This document shows, one piece after another, positions 1 to 7,747 of a stretch of 32,000 nucleotides of DNA. Made by a program: the position numbers and the translations under genes. Positions within the stretch are counted from its first letter, which is position 1, and each line of letters starts with the position of its first letter. The stretch comes from Pseudoalteromonas translucida KMM 520 (GTDB lineage Bacteria > Pseudomonadota > Gammaproteobacteria > Enterobacterales > Alteromonadaceae): NCBI RefSeq assembly GCF_001465295.1, contig NZ_CP011035.1, positions 600,001 to 632,000 of the forward strand, in the 5' to 3' direction. The notes beneath the pieces are model-generated. The model saw only the letters and a program-made list of their open reading frames with translations, was not told the origin of the DNA and searched no databases.

Positions 1-72
1 AGAAAAGTGACAATTATTGCTGATTACGCTATTAATAGCTAAGTACTATATAAAAACCAAGAAGTAGGTAAT

Positions 73-1287
73 GTGTCTGTATTTGTTGCAAGGCAAGCAA
101 TATTAAATCGTCGCCAGAATGTGGTTGCTTATGAGCTATTATTTCGTGATAGTGATAAAAACTATTTTCCGGAAATATCTGATGGCCAAGCAACGGCAAG
201 ATTGATCATGGAGAATCAGCTTAACTTAGGAACCCGGCATATAACATCAGGTAAAAAAGCACTGATTAATATAGGCCCAGAGTCGTTAAAGCTCGATTTA
301 TGTGCATTTTTACCCTGTAAAGATGTGGTTATTGAGTTACTCGAAACCATAGAGCCCACAGACGATAATTATGAGTTATGCCGTGATTTATTTCATAGTA
401 ATTATAAACTAGCGTTAGATGATTTTGTGTACACCCCTCAATGGGAGCGTTTTTTAAAGCTGGTAAATCTGATTAAGTTTGATATACGCCAAACCCCATT
501 ACCGGAAATTGCCCTGGTTGTTAAAAAGCTAAAAAAACACAAAAGAATAAAAATACTTGCCGAAAAAATAGAAACGCCCGAGGAGTTTGAACTTGCATAT
601 AAAATGGGCTTTGATTACTTTCAAGGGTATTATTTTGCAAAGCCAACCATGCTTAAACAAAACGACATAGACTATAATTACGCGCTGGTAATTGCAATTT
701 ATGCAGAAGTTATGAAACCCAATCTAGATATAAACGTAATTTCTGGTTTATTTGAGCTTGATGCTGCGCTGGCATACAAGCTATTACGCTTAATTAATAG
801 TGGTGTGTTTCCTATTAAAAGCAAAATATCTTCCCTTAAACAAGCATTAGTCTACTTAGGTCAGGAACGGTTAAAAAAGTTTGTAAGTTTGATCGTGACT
901 GCTTATACAGTTAAGTCTAAGCCTGCCGAATTAATGAAAATGTGCGTAGTTCGTGCTCGCTTTTGTGAGCTAATTGCCGCGCAAATAAGTAAACAGCAAA
1001 AAGGTGAAGCTTTTTTAACCGGGCTGTTTTCGTTACTCGATGCCATATTAGATCAACCCATGAGTTTACTAGTTAATAAACTTCCATTTCCAGATGACAT
1101 TAAAGCAGCGTTACAGGGTGAAAAAAACACCTTACATTATATTCTTGATACCGTAAAAGCATACGAATCAGGAAGCTGGTGGGCATTAGAGCAGGCAGTT
1201 TTATTAATAAATATAGAGAGTAAATTACTACCTAACATATATAAACAAGCGGTAGATTGGGCCGATAGCTATAAAAATATCACGTAA
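73..1287 (+). CDS. EAL-domain + HDOD-domain signalling protein (c-di-GMP phosphodiesterase-like or receptor)
   Basis: 404-aa ORF with GTG start. N-terminal half carries EAL-family landmarks (QAILN, YELLFR, NIGPES, ELLE, LDDF, KFD, AEKIET, QGYYFAKP). C-terminal ~200 aa resembles HDOD (AYKLLRLINS, LKQALVYLG). Confidence 0.8.
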   Translation: MSVFVARQAILNRRQNVVAYELLFRDSDKNYFPEISDGQATARLIMENQLNLGTRHITSGKKALINIGPESLKLDLCAFLPCKDVVIELLETIEPTDDNYELCRDLFHSNYKLALDDFVYTPQWERFLKLVNLIKFDIRQTPLPEIALVVKKLKKHKRIKILAEKIETPEEFELAYKMGFDYFQGYYFAKPTMLKQNDIDYNYALVIAIYAEVMKPNLDINVISGLFELDAALAYKLLRLINSGVFPIKSKISSLKQALVYLGQERLKKFVSLIVTAYTVKSKPAELMKMCVVRARFCELIAAQISKQQKGEAFLTGLFSLLDAILDQPMSLLVNKLPFPDDIKAALQGEKNTLHYILDTVKAYESGSWWALEQAVLLINIESKLLPNIYKQAVDWADSYKNIT

Positions 1288-1298
1288 TGGAATAGGTA

Positions 1299-2393
1299 AT
1301 GCGTAATTATAATTTAGACTTCATTCGTGGTATTGCCGTACTTGGCTTGGTGTTTATGAATATATACACCTTTGGAGTATTTGAGCTCGGTTATACGCCA
1401 CTAACAATCCCACCAAGCAGCGATAGCCTGATTCAAACATTAAACCTAATATTTGTTGAAGGGCGTTTTAGGAGCTTATTTAGCATACTGTTTGGGGCTG
1501 GGTTATACATTCAATGGCAACGCTATAACTTGATTTTACCACTTAAAAGTCGCCTATATTGGTTACTACTTTTTGGTTTATTGCATGGGTTTTTACTTTG
1601 GGCAGGCGATATTCTATTTTTGTATGGGGTGTCGGGGTTGCTCGCTATAAAGTACTTAAGCAGTACCAATGAGCAACTTCTGAAGCATGCTTATGGGTTT
1701 ATTTTACTCTCGGGTTTGGCGACCGCTTTAGTTATGTATAGCGTACCAGAGACATTAATATACCGTGACTCGCCAGAGTTTAATGCGTTGTATAGCCAAT
1801 ACTTTCAATCATATGGCGATCACTTGTTATCTAACATAACCATGTACGCGTTAATGGTGTTTATGGTTCCGATACTCACTATGTGGGTAACGACAGCGTT
1901 AATGTTGTTAGGTATATATCTGTATAAGCAACAGGTGTTTGTTAGCGGCTTATCGGCAAAGCAACTCATTTTAGTAATTAGCGGTGCGCTACTATTTATC
2001 AGTTTACGGCTAACTACAGAGCAATATAGCAGCGGTGTATTTTATGCGCTGCAAGAATTAATTAACAGTGTAGCGGCATTGTGTATGGCGGTTATTTATA
2101 TTCACATTGCAGTTAAGTTGTGTAGTAACAATGCCAACACAGGAAAATTAATTCAACAAGCAGGGCGTTTAGCATTAAGTTTATATATAAGCCAAACGTT
2201 AATGCAACTTTTGTTGTTTAAAGTACTTTTTAAGCAGTGGGCGCTCAGTTTTAATCGCATTGACTATTGCTTAGTTGCTACCTTATTGGTCGTTATTCAG
2301 CTTATTATTACCGCCATTTATAGCCGTTATTTTCAACAAGGCCCTTTAGAATACATATGGCGAAAATTAACCTACGCAAAAATCACTGCTTAA
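1299..2393 (+). CDS. DUF418/YeiB-like polytopic membrane protein
   Basis: 364-aa ORF starting 11 nt after the upstream stop. Strongly hydrophobic with many TM stretches. N-terminus LDFIRGIAVLGLVFMN and overall layout recall the YeiB/DUF418 family (from memory). Confidence 0.6.
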   Translation: MRNYNLDFIRGIAVLGLVFMNIYTFGVFELGYTPLTIPPSSDSLIQTLNLIFVEGRFRSLFSILFGAGLYIQWQRYNLILPLKSRLYWLLLFGLLHGFLLWAGDILFLYGVSGLLAIKYLSSTNEQLLKHAYGFILLSGLATALVMYSVPETLIYRDSPEFNALYSQYFQSYGDHLLSNITMYALMVFMVPILTMWVTTALMLLGIYLYKQQVFVSGLSAKQLILVISGALLFISLRLTTEQYSSGVFYALQELINSVAALCMAVIYIHIAVKLCSNNANTGKLIQQAGRLALSLYISQTLMQLLLFKVLFKQWALSFNRIDYCLVATLLVVIQLIITAIYSRYFQQGPLEYIWRKLTYAKITA

Positions 2394-2478
2394 ACGGCTA
2401 CAAAGGTTAAATTAAGGGCGAAAAATTATTGTGGGTGGTTTAAACTAGCAGCCTTTAAAATTAAGGTGAATTGCTTCC

Positions 2479-3462
2479 ATGACAGACTTAAAACGATTAA
2501 ATAAATTTATTAGCGATACTGGCTTTTGTTCGCGACGCGAGGCTGATAAATATATTGAAGACGGTCGTGTTACTGTTAATGGTATTCGCCCGGAAATGGG
2601 CGTAAAAGTTTCATCTACAGATGTTGTATTGGTAGATGGTAAAACACTTAAAGCAATCCCTAAACGCGTTTATATTGCCTATAACAAACCCGTTGGTATT
2701 ACCTGTACTACAGAGCGAAAAATTCAAAGTAATATTGTTAAAGCCGTTAATTACCCCGATCGGATCTTTCCAATAGGGCGCTTAGATCGTCCATCTGAAG
2801 GGCTAATATTTTTAACTAACGAAGGCGACATTGTTAATAAAATTTTGCGCGCTGGCAATAATCACGAAAAAGAATATGTAGTTACTGTAGATAAACCATT
2901 AAATCGTCAGTTTGTAACTAAAATGGGTAATGGTGTACCTATACTCGATACTATCACTAAAAAATGTAAAGTAATCCAAACCGGGGCGCAGCAGTTTACT
3001 ATTATTTTAACCCAAGGATTAAATCGTCAAATACGTAGAATGTGTGAGTATTTAGGTTACGAAGTGGTCACACTAAAGCGCGTGCGCATTATGAATGTGA
3101 CGCTTAAAGGTTTAAAAGTAGGGCAATGGCGCCACTTAACCGAACAAGAAATGACGATTATAAACGACTCAATTTCTGACTCAGGAAAAACCCAAGAGCA
3201 TTCAGTATATGATGAGGCAAACGCTTTACAGCAACAAAGCCCGCCAGCAGTAGCTAAGCCGCAAAAAACAAGTGATAAAAAACGTGATTTTCAGGGCGAA
3301 AACCCTAAACGTTTTAATCAAGGTGAGCGCACAGAAGAACGTAAAAAAGAGCGTAGTAAAACGCCTTATCAAAAGCGCTCAACCACTTATGTTGGCAAAC
3401 CGAAAAGTATTAAAGCAAATAAGTCATCCGACTCAAAAGGAATATTGAGCCTTAAAAAATAA
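2479..3462 (+). CDS. rluF: 23S rRNA pseudouridine synthase RluF (S4 domain + RsuA-family catalytic core, Lys/Arg-rich tail)
   Basis: 327-aa ORF, near-colinear with E. coli RluF as I recall it: [21 protein letters not shown] (S4), [18 protein letters not shown] (catalytic Asp), [23 protein letters not shown]. Has a basic C-terminal extension as in E. coli. Confidence 0.85.
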   Translation: MTDLKRLNKFISDTGFCSRREADKYIEDGRVTVNGIRPEMGVKVSSTDVVLVDGKTLKAIPKRVYIAYNKPVGITCTTERKIQSNIVKAVNYPDRIFPIGRLDRPSEGLIFLTNEGDIVNKILRAGNNHEKEYVVTVDKPLNRQFVTKMGNGVPILDTITKKCKVIQTGAQQFTIILTQGLNRQIRRMCEYLGYEVVTLKRVRIMNVTLKGLKVGQWRHLTEQEMTIINDSISDSGKTQEHSVYDEANALQQQSPPAVAKPQKTSDKKRDFQGENPKRFNQGERTEERKKERSKTPYQKRSTTYVGKPKSIKANKSSDSKGILSLKK

Positions 3463-3534
3463 AGCGATATTACAGTTAGGTACAGTACAACAACTTAACT
3501 AACCTGCGATTTGGGTGGTTTATTATCAAAATCG

Positions 3535-6069
3535 CTATTTGTTGCTATGTATATATTCTATAAGTTTATCCAGAGGCAAAGGTTTACAGTAATAAAAGCC
3601 TTGTATTCGAATGTTATTGAACTTAGACAAATAATCGATCAGCTCAGGGCTTTCTACACCTTCTACTACCACTGTTTTATTTAACTGTATGCAAATATTA
3701 ATAATGCCCTCTAGCAATGCTCTTTTTTGCCCAGCTAATTCGGCGCCAATAGTAAATTCACGATCTATTTTTATAATGTTTGCCGGCTGACGCGATAAAT
3801 AAGACAAACTAGAGTAACCCGTCCCAAAGTCATCAATTGCAACATTAAAGCCTTTATTCATTAGCGCTTTAAGCACCTCTTCAATAGCGCCTTTTTCCGA
3901 CATAATCATTTCGGTCACTTCGATGGTGAGCAAGTTAGATTGTATGTTTTTTTCAGTCGTTAACTTACAAAGTTTTTCGGTAAAGTTTCGCTGTTGTATT
4001 TGTTGCGGTGAAAAATTAACTGCAACACAAATGTTTTGTAATTCAGCTATGCTACTCATATCGTTTAGTACTTGAGTAAGCACTTGTTCGCCCACTTGTA
4101 ATATTTGCCCTGTTTGTTCAGCAATAGGAATAAAAACAGCAGGAGAAACATAACTGCCATTATTTTTCCAGCGAACTAATGCTTCTACAGCAATAATACA
4201 CTGAGTGGTTAAGTTATAAATGGGTTGATAATAAACCTCTAACTCCTCATTTTTAATCGCTTTTTGTAGCTCACTTCTAATTGTAACCATAAACTTATGG
4301 CTCTCATCCATAAGCTTATGGTAAAAACAAAATTGATTGCCGCCTAAAGCTTTGGCGTTATCCATTGCTATATCTGCTTGTTGCAGTAGTAATGTAGGGC
4401 TAATGACTTCTCCATCAGACATAGCTATGCCAACACTCACAGTAAGATGGATATCAACCTCACCTAAGTTATATATATCGGCTAGCGATTTTATTATGAG
4501 TGTAATTTCCTCCGATAACTGCTGCTTAGATATATTACAGTAATACAATACAAACTCATCGTTGCCAAAACGCGCTATAGCACCCGCTTTAACTGCATTT
4601 TTTTTAAGCCTTTTAGCGACTAATTGCAAAACCATGTCACCTAATTCATGGCCCAAACTATTATTTACTGCGCTAAAGCCATCTAAATTAAAAAAGACTA
4701 TCGTACAATTAACATTTACATAGTTAACTTGCTTAGCCTCTATTTCTGCATTTAATGCATCACGGCGCAGCAAGCCGGTTAATTCATCGTATTTAGCCAT
4801 TTTATGTAACGCAACAGACTGTTGCCTGAGCAAAAAAGTAGAATCAGTGGCTAATATCAAAATATAAATAAACGCAAAAGTAAGCCATATTATCATTTGC
4901 TCAATTTGTGCTGCTTCTTTAAGCTTTGAATAATCTTTAATAAAGCTATAAACGTTGTGCTTAATAAATCCTCTTACAACAATTTCCTTAATTATATAAT
5001 GCTTGCTATAACGGCTTAATAAGCTATTTAAATCTTGAACATTTTTTTGTTTTTTGTCGATTGCGAAATAAATTTTAGGTGTTAACTCAATAAAGGTATC
5101 AAACGAGCTGAGGTAATCTATGTATCTGTTTTCAATTAACAAGTTTAAATTTAACAGTGCCAACACTTGGTATTGCTTACCATTGCTTGCCGTTATCGGA
5201 ATTGAGAACATAATTATTGGTGTATCTGTGTCTAAGGTTGCTGAGTTAGCTGCAAATCTGACTTCATTTTTAGCGGCTTTTAACCAGTTTGTAATAGGAC
5301 TGGTTGCAATTAATCCGTCATTAGTAAATTGCTTAGAGTAAGTTGTACCGCTTATATGCTTCAAATTTTCATCTAGAAGAAGCATACTGCTTATAATTTC
5401 AAAGTCTTGGGTATAACCTCTTAAATCTATGTTAGCCATTTTTATAAAATCGTCGCTATTCACTGCTTCTAAACGTGTTTTTATGCGAGTAAGTGATGTG
5501 ATATGACTTTCGAGGTTTTTATTGAGTATAGTTTCAACAAACTTAATTTTATTTTGTGCATCTACAGCTGCGTTAGTTACTGTTTGAACCGCGGTAACAT
5601 GCCAAAGTGTTATGCCAATAAAAATAGCAAAAAACGTAATAACTTTAGCGGTCATTGAGCCATTAACGGTAGTAATAGGATTTTTAATTTTTATAATTAA
5701 AGCTAAAAAAAATACAAATACCATTACAGCACTAAAAGATGAGATAAAAGGATTATGGCTATCCCAAAACCAGCTACTGCTATCGTGTCTCCACAAACTT
5801 AGCTCAAAGTTAATAAACAATATAGCACCGGTAATGAGTAATATAGGTATGAGGTATTTAATTTTTTTTGTAGGTAAAACCTTAGGTAAAAAAGCCAATA
5901 AAACAGCTAACCCTAGCGCAGTCAAAGAAAGTTGCAGAGAAATAACCGGCATTAAGCTTTGCGTAACGATAATACTTTCTAAGGCACCCAAAAAAGCAAC
6001 GACAAGAAAAAATTGAATAAAACCTAAATACAATATACTTGCTGCTGATTGAGTTAGGGATAGTCTCAT
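3535..6069 (-). CDS. Membrane sensor protein with degenerate GGDEF (GNDEF) and intact EAL domain
   Basis: 844-aa ORF. Hydrophobic N-terminus, then a ~230-aa non-hydrophobic segment, then another TM. The GGDEF-domain region reads RFGNDEF. The EAL domain has EALVRW, DDFGTGYSSLSYL, KIDREF, EGVES and QGFYYCKP. Confidence 0.85.
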   Translation of the reverse strand: MRLSLTQSAASILYLGFIQFFLVVAFLGALESIIVTQSLMPVISLQLSLTALGLAVLLAFLPKVLPTKKIKYLIPILLITGAILFINFELSLWRHDSSSWFWDSHNPFISSFSAVMVFVFFLALIIKIKNPITTVNGSMTAKVITFFAIFIGITLWHVTAVQTVTNAAVDAQNKIKFVETILNKNLESHITSLTRIKTRLEAVNSDDFIKMANIDLRGYTQDFEIISSMLLLDENLKHISGTTYSKQFTNDGLIATSPITNWLKAAKNEVRFAANSATLDTDTPIIMFSIPITASNGKQYQVLALLNLNLLIENRYIDYLSSFDTFIELTPKIYFAIDKKQKNVQDLNSLLSRYSKHYIIKEIVVRGFIKHNVYSFIKDYSKLKEAAQIEQMIIWLTFAFIYILILATDSTFLLRQQSVALHKMAKYDELTGLLRRDALNAEIEAKQVNYVNVNCTIVFFNLDGFSAVNNSLGHELGDMVLQLVAKRLKKNAVKAGAIARFGNDEFVLYYCNISKQQLSEEITLIIKSLADIYNLGEVDIHLTVSVGIAMSDGEVISPTLLLQQADIAMDNAKALGGNQFCFYHKLMDESHKFMVTIRSELQKAIKNEELEVYYQPIYNLTTQCIIAVEALVRWKNNGSYVSPAVFIPIAEQTGQILQVGEQVLTQVLNDMSSIAELQNICVAVNFSPQQIQQRNFTEKLCKLTTEKNIQSNLLTIEVTEMIMSEKGAIEEVLKALMNKGFNVAIDDFGTGYSSLSYLSRQPANIIKIDREFTIGAELAGQKRALLEGIINICIQLNKTVVVEGVESPELIDYLSKFNNIRIQGFYYCKPLPLDKLIEYIHSNK

Positions 6070-6262
6070 TATTTTCTCATGTCCTTAAAATGATTAACCT
6101 CAAGGTTACATTAGCATTATTAAAACAAAATACCAGATATTTAAAATGTTTGTATGTATATAAAATATAAGACAAACGATGTTTTTTGAGCGGCATAATT
6201 ACAATGGTACTTTATTACTAGGGGTAGGGAGTTTATAAGGCAGGCTTAGAGTGGGATATAAA

Positions 6263-6280
6263 ATAAACGCAGCCTTAGCT
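6263..6280 (-). terminator. Distal half of an RND-operon intrinsic terminator split by the IS (arm ATAAACGCAGC + loop)
   Basis: ataaacgcagc-ctta-gct at 6263-6280. If the IS and one TSD copy are removed it pairs with gctgcgcttat at 7713-7723 (11-bp stem, 1 mismatch). A T-rich tract follows on the minus strand (tttattttatat). Confidence 0.55.
6272..6280. repeat. Target-site duplication, left copy (GCCTTAGCT)
   Basis: Exact 9-bp direct repeat of 7707-7715, immediately abutting the IS inverted repeats. Confidence 0.8.
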
Positions 6281-6298
6281 TAACACCACTCGTTTAAG
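6281..6298. repeat. IS left terminal inverted repeat
   Basis: TAACACCACTCGTTTAAG matches the reverse complement of 7688-7705 at 13/18 positions, including the CGTTTAAG block. Confidence 0.75.
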
Positions 6299-7625
6299 AA
6301 CGAGTGGTGTTTTTTCGTTTATACCTAACCGGATATTTTTGTGTCTTTGCGAGCACCGCTCGCGGATAAGCTTTTCGCTTTCTTTTCTCCGGTAATATTA
6401 GCCGTTTCCCGTTTTCACGTAGTTCTTTCAGCTTTTTAGGGATTGTCCCGGGGCTTCGACCTGAGCACCATAAAAACTCGTCTTGTATCAGGTATAATGC
6501 GTTTATGAAACTGATGCGTAATGGCTCCACTTTATGGGCTTTAGCCATCTCTGCCATTTCAAGCCTCACGATATTGTATGACGTCAGAATACCCCATAGT
6601 TCTTGATAAATACCTTCCTGTTTCAGGCTCCGTAGCGCTGGTTTACTAGATAATTGATATTGCTTGAGCTCACCATATCCTCGCTCTATTTCCCACCTTT
6701 GCCAATAAACACCGAGTAGCGCTTTTAGCGGGTATTTTTCTGGACAGACGCATGAGGTGATGAACCCTTTTATTTCACCTTTAGGTGTTGGAATTTGAAT
6801 AAGTCTTGCTTGCCATGTATCACCTAGGTAAGGGGCTGATTTTTTAGCTTGTGGCGAAATAGGCATTGTTATTAAGTGGTCATACTCACTAAATGATCCC
6901 GTTATTTCATAGCGCATTTTGCTTTTAATGGGCGTAAGCCAATGATGATTTTCGCTAACACCTTGCCAGCTCGTGAATAGTTCAGCCGAAAAGAAACCTC
7001 TATCAAATAGGGTCAATGAATGTTCAGGTGCTGAGCCAACAAGCTGTTGAGCATAATGAATTTCACTTTGAGTGATAGGGCCAAACGCTGCATCGGATAT
7101 TAAATGCGTTCTTGTCGACATCAAGGTCACAGCAAGTACTGAGGGAAAGTTAGTTGTCGATTGAGCATATCCAAAGTGACGGTTACTCGGGGTATCTTGG
7201 GTTTTAAATTGTGTACCGTCAACGCTTAGTAGCTTTAAACCACAGACGTCATCAAACGTTTGCGACTGCTCCCACTGCGTTGCTGTATGTTTAAAAAGGT
7301 GCTTCATAGGCGCAGCGCCTAGCTTTTCTTTCCCTTTTATAATACTGCTGGTCGCCAATGGTGGAAGCTCTCCTTTAGCGTCAGGAAAAGCGAGCTCTAG
7401 TTTGTCACAGACTTCAGATATTGAGCGGTTTCTTAATAAACCAATTCCTAACACAAGCCAAGCGGCTTGCTCGGCGGGGAAGCGTCGTTTGCGTACTGAT
7501 GCTCTTCCTGTTTGGGTAACAGCTTCTTCAATCCACTCAAGGGGAATGTGCTTAGTGAACGAATCAATATCACGAACTTGGCAAAACTCAGTAGTAAGGT
7601 GTAATTCTTTAATAAATTCAGACAT
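6294..7625 (-). CDS. IS4-family DDE transposase
   Basis: The ORF track gives 6294-7640 (TTG start). The ATG at 7625 (MSEFIKEL...) gives 443 aa, close to E. coli IS4 InsG. Shared blocks as I recall InsG: VRKRRFPAEQAAWLVLGIGL, WEIERGYGELKQ, QELWGILTSYNIVR, SPGTIPKKL, KRKRKAYPRAV. Confidence 0.9.
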   Translation of the reverse strand: MSEFIKELHLTTEFCQVRDIDSFTKHIPLEWIEEAVTQTGRASVRKRRFPAEQAAWLVLGIGLLRNRSISEVCDKLELAFPDAKGELPPLATSSIIKGKEKLGAAPMKHLFKHTATQWEQSQTFDDVCGLKLLSVDGTQFKTQDTPSNRHFGYAQSTTNFPSVLAVTLMSTRTHLISDAAFGPITQSEIHYAQQLVGSAPEHSLTLFDRGFFSAELFTSWQGVSENHHWLTPIKSKMRYEITGSFSEYDHLITMPISPQAKKSAPYLGDTWQARLIQIPTPKGEIKGFITSCVCPEKYPLKALLGVYWQRWEIERGYGELKQYQLSSKPALRSLKQEGIYQELWGILTSYNIVRLEMAEMAKAHKVEPLRISFINALYLIQDEFLWCSGRSPGTIPKKLKELRENGKRLILPEKRKRKAYPRAVLAKTQKYPVRYKRKNTTRS

Positions 7626-7687
7626 AAAAATAGGCCACAACTTTTGTTGTAGCCTATTATGAAGCCTCTGAAAGATCGTTCAATTAG

Positions 7688-7705
7688 CTTAAACGATCTG
7701 CATTA
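7688..7705. repeat. IS right terminal inverted repeat
   Basis: cttaaacgatctgcatta is the reverse-complement partner of 6281-6298. Confidence 0.75.
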
Positions 7706-7706
7706 G

Positions 7707-7715
7707 GCCTTAGCT
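7707..7715. repeat. Target-site duplication, right copy (GCCTTAGCT)
   Basis: Exact copy of 6272-6280. Confidence 0.8.
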
Positions 7716-7723
7716 GCGCTTAT
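7713..7723 (-). terminator. Proximal half of the IS-split RND-operon terminator (arm GCTGCGCTTAT)
   Basis: Lies 25 nt downstream of the RND permease stop (7748) on the minus strand. Complementary to 6263-6273. Confidence 0.55.
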
Positions 7724-7747
7724 TAATTTAATAAGAGTTTATTTACT

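Larger units (their letters stand above)
6281..7706 (-). mobile_element. IS4-family insertion sequence, ~1426 bp, apparently intact
   Basis: Single transposase ORF. Terminal imperfect IRs are TAACACCACTCGTTTAAG (6281-6298) and the reverse complement of 7688-7705, TAATGCAGATCGTTTAAG (13/18 identical). Flanked by a 9-bp direct repeat. The right boundary is uncertain by 1 nt (G at 7706). Confidence 0.85.

Noticed and set aside
3506-3535. gcgattt...aaatcgc stem between the convergent rluF and GGDEF-EAL genes as a terminator
   Set aside because: It has only 7 bp with a 16-nt loop, which is too weak to call.
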